The notes under the pieces were generated by a model, which was not told where the DNA came from, did no database searches, and worked only from the letters and a program-made list of their open reading frames with translations. Positions 13,901-26,308 of a stretch of 64,000 bases of DNA are shown piece by piece; position 1 is the stretch's first letter, and each line of letters begins with the position of its first letter. The position numbers and the translations under genes are program-made. Where the stretch lies: NCBI GenBank assembly GCA_002633005.1, contig NMRA01000116.1, positions 504,521 to 568,520 on the forward strand, written 5' to 3'. The stretch comes from Phoronis australis. Taxonomy: Eukaryota; Animalia; Phoronida.

Positions 13901-16900
13901 AACAGTTTGGTTGACATACAGTACACTTGACGTTGTCTTTGTATTTGGCTTGGGTGTCATGTACAAGGCAACTGATCTCCCTTTGATCATACTGTTTGTG
14001 AAGACTTTTTTTAAGGGGCGTCCTGCTTTTGGAATTTAACCCGTTAATTTTTTTTCTGAAAATAATGAGTAAGATGTCTCTGGAATGTAATCACGATGAG
14101 TTTTTAGGATTGTGAAACAAGTGTACTTTTGTGACGCTGTGTATATCTATTATTATACCACAATATTAGCGTCAAATGGAAAATACAACCGTGTAATAAC
14201 CCATTTAGTTATCTCACTGTGAGATAACATTTTGGTAGGAAACCGAGGCCGGTTTCGAACCCAGTCCTCAACAGTTGCGAGTCACCGACTTTACCACTAC
14301 ACCACTCAGCGGCTGACGTCATCGAACGTGAAAATAGAATACTTAAATGAGCACACGCAACAGTCGCATTTTCAGCAAAGGGCATTGTACCAACATTTAT
14401 ACGCTATGAAAAATAAGAAACATTTTTTCCATAAAAACGATATTTTAATTCTGTGAAGTTTTTCTCACATGTTCTCTCATTTGTAAATCACCGATCTCCA
14501 ATTTGAATGCGGGTATCGTGTCGTCGGGATCCTTTGACTTGATGGTAACCTACTTTAGCAGACACTATTTTCTTGGTCGAAGCTTAGCGTGATAAAATGT
14601 GTAGTAAGCTATAATAGTTGCTAAACCTTAATTTATAGATTCACTTTATTTCAATTTTGTTTAAATTTTTAATTGGTTTTGAGTAAAAGCATTATTTGAC
14701 AAAAATAGCTCAGCTTTTCTTAAAAGGTCACGACCTCCGACCCCGGGCCTCTGACATAGAAAGTAGTTACAAAGCTGAGGCGAGTCGAGAAAGGTAGATC
14801 GATTCATTGCAATGTTTCTCGTTCAGTATGTGGTATAATTCTTCAAAATCCATGAGGGCTCTAGATAACGGGGGATAACGTCTGAGAACATGTAATAATC
14901 TATATTTCTATAAACAGCTCTTTCCAATCAGACCAACCTTTATGCGCAACATTTTCCTTAGTTGTATTAAGCCATTTGTTGTTATTGGCAAGTCTCACCG
15001 TCACGCGCATGATGCTTTGTATCCTTTGATTTAACTTTTCTTGCAGACTGGCCAATCGTAAGCTGCATGTTTTGGAGGTGGAGTCTTCCGACCGGAGCTC
15101 TTCAAAATACACCGTGGATACTACTCAAGTGTTAATCAAAACAAATGGCGTTCAGCATACAAACGCCTACAGTCAGGTAAACTGTCATACTGATACCTCT
15201 CATGTTTTGTCAACTGTGTACTACGTACATGAAGCAAGGTAGTAAAGTGAGTTTTCATTGTATGGTGGTCACGTTATTGTAAGAGTGAGACTTGTCTAGG
15301 AGTGTATGATGGACGTGCTGCTGTAGTACTTGTCTGTGTGTGGTGGCCTAGTATATTCATCATACATTATCTTTAATAACTAAGTCTTTTAAGTTATTAT
15401 TAGAGTAAAATTACCAAGATTAATGCTTGCATCAAAGGTAAAATTAAAACTTTGAAGTGGACGTAAACATCATTTCTGGAGCAAACTAAACTCTGGCAGA
15501 TACTTGTTTGTCGTATACGTGATCACCAATCATCCAACATGTTGACCAGCTACTAGAGTCTTGTCACCTGGTGCTTAGCAATTTCACACACAGAAGGGTA
15601 ACCAATCAAATTATGCAGTCATGCACAGTTGAAACGTTTGTGCTATTGTCTCATTTCTAGAACTAAAATAAAATTCAATTATAAAAAGGATATTATTTTT
15701 TAGGAAAGTGTATGTTAATGAAAAAACTTTCCTGACAAATGCTGACAGGCAGAGAGTTCTGTGATGTTTTTGAATTGTCCCGTGATTTGTTTTGTATAGC
15801 CAATTCTGAGATTGAACCAGGTCTTGAGACTGATGTCAGCGACTTGTCCTGTATTAGCATACAGAGTACACGATATAGTGAGTGAGTGAATGGACAGTAC
15901 TTTCGATCTTATTGCAAGTTTCACAAACAATTTACTCACAGACTTGTGAAGCCCAGGGAAAGTCTTGGTCTATGCGAGGATGGTGACGATGTGGTTCCAT
16001 GTTAAAGAGTTTACTTTTCCGTGTCAGTTCTGATTGGCCATAAATAACTTGAGAACGCTTTAAAAAGCAGTGTTGTCTATAACTATATGTTCCATTGACT
16101 TGCTTTTCTCTCATTCGTTTGTTTCTCAGGAAGTGCTGGTTTGTGTTTAGCTTTTAAGCACCTGTGCCTCTGTGAGACGCTTTTCTGCTTGATTTGAACA
16201 TTGTCACAAGATTTACCCATGCGTTTGTGTTTAGACTTTTAGTCCACCGTGCAAGGTCGTGTTCCTTTTAGACTCCCTGTATTTTTGCATATTCCCCGTT
16301 CTGAAATCCACACCTTGACTGGCTTTTCACAGCTTCTTACGACACAGATTATATGCAGTAATTATCATTTTGCAATCAGCTAATTAATCTGAGGTTCACC
16401 ATAAGGCTTTTATGCACCCGTCCTTAGACGCGCAGTATGGTAATGGTTTGACCCTGGCATCCGGTGCCTGGCTGAATTGAGCTTGTCATCGCTGTTGGTC
16501 TTATAATTATGACTGGGTCTTATTCAATAATTTTCATTCGATTTTGTTCAAATTTTTCTCATACCAATGTTAGTGAAATGTATTGTGATGAGCCACTACT
16601 ATTTTTGAGACAACTTCTGTTTCTTTTTAGTACATGGGTCAAATTACATGAAATTTTGTACACTTATTTTTAAGGTCTATAGCTGAGGGAACCATTTTTC
16701 AGATTTTTGATTTTTTTCAAAGAGATGAGATACAGGCCGTGAAAAAAGAAGACTTTGGTGTTCCTCTAAAAAGAATTTCAATGGCTGATATTCCTGTTGT
16801 TTAAGGATAAAGCAACGATCTGAGATAGGTTTTCCTTCATATTGACCATAAGAATCAAAAATAATGTAGTTCAGTTGTGGAGTCGCATATGGTTAAGGTT

Positions 16901-19840
16901 TTTTAGAAATTCATGTTCAAAGCAAAAAAATGGCCTTCACATGGTTATGTACAGTGTTTTAAGGCAAAGATTTAGATTTTCAGTCATCAAGTTTTCCAGT
17001 TGAAAATGTTCAGTTGAAAAGTTTATTTGATCAAACTTGAAAAGACTTCACAACGACTGACAAAATAGTGTGCTTAGGTGGTGGTTTGTACTCTTCGTTC
17101 ACCGATAGGTTGGGCTAAATGATCAAGGATTATCTATTAACCTTCTGCAATTGCAAAGTGCAATTATTTTCAACTTACAAATAACGTGGAAAATAAATCT
17201 GAAACTAAATAAGGCGATCCAAATCCTCTCAAGGATATTATTGTTTCACGAAATGTAGAATATATACATAGGTAAATAAAACAACAATAATGGATCAACT
17301 GAAATTGTCGCATATAATAACAACCTTCGTCAACACAAACAGAAATAAAGTAAAATCAAACACTATATGACAATTGACATTTAATATGTGTTTTATTTAC
17401 CTATATATATTCTACAACTTTCAAAGGTATCTAAACCGTTGCACTTTGTTTGTGAAATTTTACACTGAGTCCAGCACACCTTCAACTCTTTGTTTGCATG
17501 TGTGTTGTGTAGATGTATGCTGTTGACTGGCTCAGACCAAGGTCAGCGCATTACACTGATTCATCACAATTCTAGTTAGGTATGACTAAGAGACAAAATC
17601 TGTCTAACTAGCCTTGATCTGTCATGTTAATCCAAAAACATAGTTGGTTCTGGTCACGTGATTACGTCTGACTTCACACGCCATGGCATTTAAAACCTTG
17701 CTTGCTTGTGTTTGTGAGTTTTCAAAAAGTTTGAGACCTTGGCCGAAACTGATGCGGCCGAGTGCTTTCATTTCTTTAAAAAGGATACTAAACTGTCTTT
17801 TCGAGGTTTTACCCAAAATTTATCCCATTCCTTGGTAGTCTGTAATTTTCTCTTCCCTGGAAAGATGGCAGCACTTGGCTAAATCTCAGTCACCAGTGTG
17901 TCACAAGTGTATTTGGTGGTTCACGCAGTCGTCCATTAACTCACCCAGAACATTGGTCACGCTTGTCAATTTAGCATGTCGTGTAAGGTGTCATATTTAA
18001 CTTTTAAGGATTGGGGAAGATGTACTGAACATCTTTTTGTTTCAAATATTTGTTAGCATTATGCCACCATTAATATCTGTTAACAGTCAGGGAACATTAT
18101 TCTAATTAAGTGGGAAAGTTTTGACCAGGTCCAGTTGTGTTTTTTTGGCCTTAGTGGATATGATGTTGTTTTTCAAACAGGTTTCTAATAGTTGTTTTTC
18201 AACATTCGTGTGCACTTTGTTGTCAGCATTCTTTTAGTTTTTGTCTGCTGTGAACTTCCGTATAACAATTTTTTTGGAAACTGTTTGAAATTCAAGTAAA
18301 GTGGATCTGAGTCAGTGTTGAAGTAGTCAAAAGTAAAATTGCCATCTCAGTTTCTGACAAGTGGCCAACAGTACCCAGTCATCTTGTTCTGAAAGTATGG
18401 ATTGCTTTTTCAGGATGTCCCAACAAAAAGGCCATACAAATAAAACCAACCATGAGAAATGTATCTGCTTTTTATGCTCATATTGGTTATAAGTCATCCT
18501 AAGCATACCTGGGGAATTTTATCGCTGGTGTTCATTTCTTAGTTCACCCCAGTTTTAAACAGTTATAACAAGTGTCCATAAAGTCACCTGTTCCATCCTT
18601 TAGACGTTCAGCATTTCACATTATGTGCTCTTTGTACACAACATGATTGTAAACTTTCTCGATGGTTTGGTCTCAAACGACACCCGGAAAACATGCTGAC
18701 ATTTCTTCAATGTCTCAAGAAGTGAAGGAATTCTGATTAAGGATTGTAGAAATAAATATAGATGTTGATATGACTTTCACCAGTATTTAATGTTGATTTA
18801 CAGCCTAAGACTGGGTGTATAACGTGTTCTTTTATTCTTAATGTTTCTGTGGCAGATGGAGCATGTTAATGAGACTGCACTCAACAAGCCCAAAACAGCT
18901 TCGTACAACAACCTGTATGATGCCTCAGAGCAAGAGTCTCCCACTGAGGAGAGACGTGCCCGCTACCTTCCGGCATACTCAGCTGCAAAGACGACCAATG
19001 GTGGCGCCGCAGTCTTCAACAGTCCATCACACCTCGACCCCAGTGCTTCCCCGCGCAGGATACTTCGTGAGCCATCAGAAACCGAGTCTATACGTGTGCA
19101 CGCTAGTAGGAGCCAGCACAAACCACCATCTAGTCCTTTGAACTCGGCACATAGTGCTAACCGTGCTCAGCCAGTGCGAATAGTGCCCAGCTCGATTAGT
19201 CAACCAACGAAACCTGACGGTTCACTCATACATTTAGACAGGACTTCTTCTAGTGATACCGCTGTTAAGTACGAACAGAACACAAAGTCAAACCTGAAAT
19301 CAAATCAGCCTAGCACCAAAAACATGTCCAACAACTGTAATAACGTGGCCGACGGAGACTCGAATACAAGCAGACCACTCTCATTTGTCACTGCCATGAA
19401 AATGACTGAGGCCTTGGAGCTGTCAAACAACTCTCAACCGCCCAATCAAAAAAGGTTAATTTCTCTGTATGAGGTCTCTGTCNTCTAGTCCTTTGAACTC
19501 CGCACATAGTGCTAACCGTGCTCAGCCAGTGCGAATAGTGCCCAGCTCGATTAGTCAACCAACGAAACCTGACGGTTCACTCATACATTTAGATAGGACT
19601 TCTTCTAGTGATACCGCTGTTAAGTACGAACAGAACACAAAGTCAAACCTGAAATCAAATCAGCCTAGCACCAAAAACATGTCCAACAACTGTAATAACG
19701 TGGCCGACGGAGACTCGAATACAAGCAGACCACTCTCATTTGTCACTGCCATGAAAATGACTGAAGCCTTGGAGCTGTCAAACAACTCTCAACCGCCCAA
19801 TCAAAAAAGGTTAATTTCTCTGTATGAGGTCTCTGTCTGA
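4811..19840 (+). CDS. ZDHHC8: ZDHHC5/ZDHHC8-family DHHC palmitoyltransferase (5'-partial; exons 4811-4929, 8504-8661, 11013-11185, 11934-12036, 13108-13199, 15047-15176, 18856-19482 + stop at 19838-19840 in the duplicated copy)
   Basis: Spliced frame gives ...[86 protein letters not shown]...[35 protein letters not shown]...YEVSV*. DHHC-CRD, DPG, TTNE motifs and C-terminal PDZ ligand match ZDHHC5/8; all junctions GT-AG and phase-compatible. Co-ortholog of vertebrate ZDHHC5 and ZDHHC8. Confidence 0.93.
5805..6220. mobile_element. Degenerate non-autonomous DNA-transposon copy (same family as 60634-60905)
   Basis: 6040-6200 aligns by eye to 60700-60860 (aagggcga.tttggcatt...gacaatgtgttttcaattt.atagaatg...gacaagctcc). 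Confidence 0.55.
6294..6984. mobile_element. MITE with ~18-bp TIRs and TTA flanks (PIF/Harbinger- or Kolobok-like)
   Basis: TTA|ggtaattgtcaaccttcg ... tgaaggttgacaaatacc|TTA. Confidence 0.65.
8504..8661 (+). CDS. ZDHHC8: ZDHHC5/8 coding exon (Cys-rich domain)
   Basis: ttcag|...|gtgagt; [18 protein letters not shown]...[25 protein letters not shown]. Confidence 0.95.
8880..9670. repeat. Diverged internal tandem units (~490-bp spacing) of a Helentron/HINE-like repeat
   Basis: ggcgaaatc..., gagct.tag..tggtcctt, attgattgatttctt, ttggtatgta..tagatctc recur at 8885-9165 and 9372-9665. Confidence 0.5.
11013..11185 (+). CDS. ZDHHC8: ZDHHC5/8 coding exon (DHHC active site)
   Basis: tttcag|...|gtatccttt; [28 protein letters not shown]...TIMS. 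Confidence 0.95.
11186..11933 (+). other. U12-type (minor spliceosome) GT-AG intron
   Basis: 5' site GTATCCTTT (11186-11194); branch point TTCTTAAC (11914-11921) 12 nt before CAG acceptor (11931-11933); no long polypyrimidine tract; joining restores the frame ([23 protein letters not shown]). Confidence 0.92.
11934..12036 (+). CDS. ZDHHC8: ZDHHC5/8 coding exon (TM4-TTNE)
   Basis: cacag|...|gtaaga; [34 protein letters not shown]. Confidence 0.93.
13108..13199 (+). CDS. ZDHHC8: ZDHHC5/8 coding exon (PaCCT region)
   Basis: tttcag|...|gtaagc; [30 protein letters not shown]. Confidence 0.93.
14242..14310 (-). mobile_element. tRNA-derived SINE head / degenerate tRNA-like sequence
   Basis: Minus strand has Pol III A box tggtgtagtggtaa and B box ggttcgaaacc; acceptor-like stem but broken anticodon and T stems. 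Confidence 0.55.
15047..15176 (+). CDS. ZDHHC8: ZDHHC5/8 coding exon (start of cytoplasmic tail)
   Basis: ttgcag|...|gtaaac; open and phase-compatible (2 to 0): [43 protein letters not shown]; low conservation. Confidence 0.75.
17150..17450. mobile_element. Palindromic MITE-like element
   Basis: tgtagaatatatacataggtaaataaaac (17254-) is the inverse of gttttatttacctatatatattctaca (-17416); outer caaagtgcaa/ttgcactttg. Confidence 0.6.
18856..19840 (+). CDS. ZDHHC8: ZDHHC5/8 terminal coding exon (3' part duplicated by assembly join at N19483)
   Basis: ggcag|ATG GAG...; Ser/Pro-rich tail ending YEVSV*; true exon is probably 18856-19482 followed by TGA (seen at 19838-19840 in second copy). Confidence 0.85.
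19129..19837. repeat. 354-bp direct duplication around single N (19483); probable haplotype overlap
   Basis: 19129-19482 repeated at 19484-19837 with 3 synonymous differences. Confidence 0.88.
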
Positions 19841-21063
19841 GAAGGACCATGCACAAGGGCTTGTCTTGCAACATTCTGCCAAGTGGAAAAGTGAATGACG
19901 TGGCCTTCTCCCTGTTAATTGTGTGTTTGGGTAAAATTATAGTTCATCAATTACAATTGTATGGAGTCTGTGATGATGGTGGTGATATGTTAAGTGCACC
20001 AATGTGTAATGTAAATGTATACTTTACATCAGTAACCCCCTCTGTGTGTTGAAATGTTGAACTACTGGAACAACTTAACTGGAGTTAGAACCGTGGTGTG
20101 TGGAAATGGGAATTAATGTGTATTATGTAGTTCTTGTTGAATATGTGCCTGGTTCCTCAAGCTATGGATATGTTTAATTTGTGGATTTTTCTGGTGGTAC
20201 TGGACAATTAGTGTGCTGGAACATGCCAGAAACACGATTTGCATATGGATGTTGCTTTGGTACTGAGTGACAGAAACAGAATATGAAGCCGATTCCATCA
20301 AAATTGAAAATAAAACTTGACCAGAGTGATATTCAAACCATGTGTAGCTGCAAGTCGTTTTGATGTTTGTTTACTGTGCCGGTGTCAACAACTAGTCTTC
20401 TCAGTTCCTGCTACCCTGGAAAGGATTATTAGTAAAGCAATAACTATGGGAAAACTGTCAATGATATCACCATTAGCAACCGAAGAAGTGTGGATGACGT
20501 TGCCATTAGTAACTGGAGAACTGTCAATGATATTGCCATTTGGTTGAGGTTAGATTGGAGAAAGTGGTGCTGAATTTGTATACCGTTTATATAGTTAGTA
20601 TCAGTATTGTGCAGATTGTGCTGTGCAGCAGTTTGTTCTTGTTGTCGCAGCAATTCCTGTTACGTAATATCGTCCTGGTTAATCCCTTAGTTTGTTTAAT
20701 ACCCGTATCCCTGTTTTCAAAGTTTTTGCCCGGTCTGCAACTTATGCAGTCAAGACTTTAAGTTCTTTGAAAGCTCCAGACTATTGAAAAAAAAACCAAA
20801 GAGTTTCATCTCCTAAAGTGCACGCAATTCACTTCTTTTGTCCGACTCGTATACATGTAGATAGGACTGCCAAGGCATATTTGTGTTAACACACAGCCTT
20901 GACTGATTATGAAATTTTGTGACAAAGACATTCGATTGGTTTGTAATCCACGAAATGTCACTTTCGGCTGAACTGGCTGCTCCTGTGACCTTTCTGGTGT
21001 TCAGTTAGAACAGTCATTATCACATTTATTTTTGGCCACAACAGAAGCACAAACTTTAAAAGA

Positions 21064-21460
21064 AAGAAAGACATATTGATCCGGCTTATTCGCTATAAAC
21101 CATTCTCAAGGTAAAAGTTCACATTATTCAATCAGGCAACACAACTGTATAGGTACATGTCAAAATGCATTGTGAGGGGAGAGACTAGAAATCAAAACAG
21201 TTGGAGCTCAAATGAACCAATGTTTTCTATTGAGATAGCACTCAGCATGGTTCAACTGTATATGCATAGCCTCCTTTATGAGGAGCCAGAGGGTGGCATT
21301 GTCCTTGTCTAAGATCTGAGAACCATTCATTGACAACTGGTCATGCTATAGATTACTCTGGTGTTCTCCACTTGTGTTGCCTGATTTAATATGTGAACTT
21401 TTGCCTTGAGAATGGTTTACAGTGAATAAACCGAAGCGTCGGATCAATATGGCTTTCTTT
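21064..21460. mobile_element. MITE-like inverted repeat in the presumptive ZDHHC 3' UTR
   Basis: ~80-90-bp arms 21064-21144 and 21372-21460 (catattgatccg...aaaccattctcaagg.aaaagttcacat..aatcaggcaacacaa). Confidence 0.72.
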
Positions 21461-24400
21461 ACTTACGCGATAATTTTAAGGCAGCCATTATGTCATATTT
21501 GATAAAGTTCCTACTTTTGTGTCCAGCAGTGAGCCCTGTTTGCATTGGGTTTTGAATGGAATTCAGGAAGAACAGTTATTCAATCTAGAACTGTAAGTAG
21601 GTTAGTATGAACTCTGTTTAACCTCCCTATAATTGACCTTTTCACAGTTAGAGAGCAACTGTGGAATATACATGTTCCTTGCCAGCAGGGAGCTGGAATT
21701 GTAGGTTTATTTTCTCAGAGTTCATTGGCCAATTTTCGTTCTACTGGATAACAGTTGTCCCACAGTTCATTGTATATACCCTTCAAATCTTTAACTGTAA
21801 AATGGGTCTCTATTACTTCCTACTTGTTTCTTACACATGCCACCAGGAGTCGCACAGTCTGCGTATGCTGAAGCTATAGGTTTCCTGTACTGTTTGGTGT
21901 AAAATTTATTTTTGTGTGTGATGTCTACTGCATAATCCCAAGTTGAACTGCAATTATTTTGAGCGTAAATAAGTGCCCTCTCGGAATATTCATGTAATGA
22001 ATTTTCTGGAACTTGATGTACATTTATTTTTTCCTTGCTTTCAGTTGAAATCTGAGATGTTTGTTGTGGGGTGGTCAACAAAATGAAATATTTAGCTCCA
22101 ACTTTTACACGTGAAATCAATTTCAGACATCTGTTTCATTTGCCATCTAGCTGACTACATGAGTGAACATTGTCACAAAACTACTTTATGTTTTCCAAAT
22201 GATTACCATCAGATTGCTAGGGCCCGATTACACATGAAAAGCTTGAAATGTCATCTTTTTGTACTCGGTTTTGTTTGATCAGAAAATCATGAATTAATAA
22301 ACTTTCTCCAGTCTCAGCCTTTAACTCCGACAGTTTCTATGGTGCTACACTCTCGAACCAGGGCTATCCCCATGAGTCTTGATAGAGCACTGTGGAGAAC
22401 TTTGCGCTGTGATTGGATAAATATGATTAATTCCTGACCTCTTCATCTAGCATAACTGACCGGTTGTTGCAGATGCAGATTGTCTATTCAGCACAAACTA
22501 TTTGAAAAGTGGCTTTAATGTTACAGAAATGATTTTCAGTGTTATTTTTGGAAACTGAATTCTTTGTAATATGGACTGTTTAGATACTGTGATGCTTGTT
22601 ATTCATAGTTGAAACTGTTGTAAATAAACTTGTAAATGTTAGCCTAATAGAAGCAAATATAGAATGCTCTATTTTTAAATGTGACATTATAAAATGAAGT
22701 GAAAGTTTTTTATTCAGATCAGTTTTTGGGTCCAGTTGAGATTCTTAGTTTATGTGTTCTGTCAATGCTCCCGTGAACATTCCATGATGGGCTGACCAGG
22801 AGACAAGCATTGGCCGTGGCTGGCCTAAGTGGTATGTAGGGACCCCCTGTACATAGGAAACTAGTCCTTGAGTAAAATAAATTTTTGCTGCACTAGTGAT
22901 GATCAAAAGGAGTTTGATGGCTACACGATGGTCTTTTTACACTATGATTATATTTAGTTTACTGTGCTTTCAAGTTGTTGCATTAACTGTATCTTGAATC
23001 GGAACAAATACAAATTCCATTGTCTACAATTGCATTTCTGCCTCAGACTGTTAGGACGACATCTTTATGCATGTTTTTGGAATTTGTTTTGGCATATAAG
23101 TTTTAATTTTCTCCCCTTTAGTGACATGTCTGTTCCTGAATCTGTTGACATTGGGATAACACTTCATTAACGTAGTCTCTTTCTTCATTAAAGACCGCAT
23201 CCTGTTATGCGGTATAATCCCTTATAAAGCGTACAAAACATTTTAAACAACCGGGAAGGAACTTGCAATTTCACAATTCTTAGTCATATTTGAAATTCCA
23301 GACAATTATACAGGAAACCCTATAGTCTCTAGACAGTGTAGTCAAGGGCATTCCCCTGGAACCCACGGCATTTAAAATGACCTGTCGATTGCTCTGTGTA
23401 AATGTAATTGTCAGCAGTTTGTAAATATTATTAGGAAATAAATTTTCGTAATAACGAGCTCTTCTTTGATACAGCTGTTAATCTAGAAGTGACTACCGCA
23501 TGAGTCGTTTAATCACAACTGGTTTCTCAAACTGAACAGAACATGGTATACAAATTTAATTAGTTACTGGGCTCAGTTTTTCTGTTTACAAGTAGGATTT
23601 TTCGGCGTTCTCTCGCAAACTGCAGCGTTCACAAATAGAAATCTTCAGTCTGAAAACGATATTGCCTCAGTTGTAATTTTGTCTCAGTGTCACGACTTGT
23701 AATAATACACCTTCAGACCAGCAAAAGGTCTTGTGCTGATAAGGAAACGGCGTAAAAGCAGGGAGTGGGAAGATCTCGAAACCCGTTTGTGTCCCGTAGA
23801 CATACGCAAGCAAAGCAAGTGAGGTCTTGTGCTTCGCTTTCATGGTGATATCTCGTGAAGTCTTGCATTTTCGAGAGGTTCTCGCATTCACCTTTACGTC
23901 AAAACAACGTCAATTTAGCCTTAAGATTTTCCTTACCCTTAACTTAAGGATTTGTGAAATAACATTGTCACAGCGACAGGTTTCAAATCACTGACTGATA
24001 TTGTGTACGCAACGGCTAGCTAGAAACGCCTCTGGTGCCCATGGACCATAGATTGTTTACAAACCGTCACTAGTGCCGCGACACGAACAGCCAATGATTA
24101 AAAGGGCATAATTGGTGAGAAAAATGATAACGTAATGAGATCAGCCTCTGATTGGAACCCAGTCTGCATGTAACCTCAGCTTTGCAGCTTAGCTCTCTGC
24201 TGTACATGTACTCTACAATTGAGTGGCAGACTTGTCTTGATTTCAGTGTTTGTATGAGTAAAATCACACGGCACAATTTGCTGTTTCCTTTTCAGTATTC
24301 AAACATTTTCTCTGACTTGGGTAAAAGACCTGACTTAAATGATCTCGTTCTCTATAAATGTACCGGGGTTTTTGTACTTGCATCGAAATACATTTTCAAG

Positions 24401-24730
24401 TTTAACGCCATCTAGTCGTGGTCTGCTCTCGAGTACAGTATTACTTATCATGCATATGAATTAATTAAGTAGGCACTTGACGGCCCTAGATTCGAGCTAC
24501 AAATTGGAGTAAAAACTTGAGATTTTGGGTAAAAACGCGCGCATTTTGAGTTTATTCTCGAACTTTAAAAGGACATACTAAACACTGCGTTTTGGTGATT
24601 TCCAGCATTCTCGTTCCGTGCCACCTCAGTTACAATTCACCATTGGCATTCAACTTGAGTGATAAAAGCAGGATTCAACTAAAAACTTGTACTTTCTTTT
24701 TCACAGATATAGGATATTATGGTATCAGTT

Positions 24731-24871
24731 CATGGGCGCACCCAGTGGGCGGGGGGGGGGGTGAACCTAGTGGCCCCGTTTTTTTAGTCCTCAGTCGTTG
24801 ATTTTGTTCAGTAAAAGGTTCCCATACCGAGAAATTAAGCCCCCCTATATTTTATGCTGGGTGCGCGCATG
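24731..24871. mobile_element. Short hAT-like MITE (15-bp TIR)
   Basis: catgggcgcacccag ... ctgggtgcgcgcatg; 8-bp TSD not evident. Confidence 0.55.
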
Positions 24872-24910
24872 TACTTGGTGGGGGGGGGGGGGTCAGTTCC
24901 CTACAATTGA

Positions 24911-25162
24911 NNNNNNNNNNNNNNNNNNNNNNNNNNNNNNNNNNNNNNNNNNNNNNNNNNNNNNNNNNNNNNNNNNNNNNNNNNNNNNNNNNNNNNNNNN
25001 NNNNNNNNNNNNNNNNNNNNNNNNNNNNNNNNNNNNNNNNNNNNNNNNNNNNNNNNNNNNNNNNNNNNNNNNNNNNNNNNNNNNNNNNNNNNNNNNNNNN
25101 NNNNNNNNNNNNNNNNNNNNNNNNNNNNNNNNNNNNNNNNNNNNNNNNNNNNNNNNNNNNNN
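24911..25162. other. Assembly gap (252 N)
   Basis: Run of N. Confidence 0.99.
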
Positions 25163-26181
25163 TGTTTTTGTTTTCTTTTGTTAAATCTATTTCAAAATCC
25201 GGTTCACGTATATTTTTAACTTAGTAAACTTTATTTTCATTGAATTGTAAAGTAAGGCAAGGGAATCCCAGACCTTTGTCCTTACTTATGTTGAACTGGG
25301 AGAATAAAAAAAAAAAAAAAAAAAAAAAAAAACTTTTTGTTACATGAATTCAATCATTTTGTGGCGAGCACGATCTATAAAACGAACAAGGTGTTGGCGC
25401 ACTATCGGTAGGCTACACTTATTAACATAAAATTTAAAAACACAGTTTTAAGTAAAAAGATGTCAAAGTTAGTAAAACCGTGACTTTCCGTTTGTACACG
25501 CCTCTTTTAATTCCGAATAAACACCCGGGCGTTTATTAATTCAGACGGTTACTAAAACGCCTGAATAAAATTTTCATTTTCCGAACACACGCCCATGCCT
25601 TATCTACGGAAAATCCCGGTAGAAGCAGAGCCCAGTCTACGGAATCTTCAAATTTTGACAGAAATACTTCAGGTTGTCGAGGGTTGATACACACAGAGCA
25701 TTATTTTGTGGTTTCAGAGGACTATAAATGGGAACGTCCGGGCCGTGTTTGGTATACTTTTGAATAGCGCCTTACGTAATGCTGGGGTCATTAAGTGCAA
25801 ATTAGGATTAGGCAGTTATTTACCTAAGTAATTATGCACTCGAGCATAAAATAATAAATATTTACCTCGAGTTTGGACAACAACACCTGCCAAAAATAAT
25901 TTCCAATATTCGATGACCAGCCACTTCCATGAGCCCAGCCTCCTGTTCAGTACGTAGGACCTCGCTAAAAAGCAAGTCTTCACGAAATTACGAGATGTTT
26001 CTGCCTATTTTAAGTGAGAGCACGTGACTTAAGCTAGATTTTAGCTACGGGTCCTACCGTAGGTCCAAGCGTTACTGAACGTACGCCAGCCCTTACTTCT
26101 GTGGTAGGCTCTACTGGGATGTGCTGGGTTCGAGATTAGGAGATCTTAGCAGTGACACCTGTCGTTTACTAAAAAGACAAC

Positions 26182-26308
26182 ATGGGGAAGCGCTATTATT
26201 GTGAATATTGTGATAAAGCTTTTGCTGATAACGCGACAAATCGGAGGAACCATCTAAAAGGATTGAATCACCAGAAGATGCGGCAATTGCATTACTCGGC
26301 CTATAAAA
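26182..26308 (+). CDS. ZMAT5: ZMAT5 coding exon 1
   Basis: ATG...AAA A|gttggt; matrin-type zinc finger. Confidence 0.93.

Noticed and set aside
14242-14310. Functional tRNA gene
   Set aside because: Anticodon and T stems do not pair; treated as SINE/pseudo-tRNA.
19469-19840. Apparent internal duplication of the ZDHHC C-terminus / second ORF
   Set aside because: Copies are separated by a single N and differ only at three synonymous sites; best explained as overlapping haplotype contigs.
24798-25224. ORFs spanning poly-X
   Set aside because: Artefact of the N gap.
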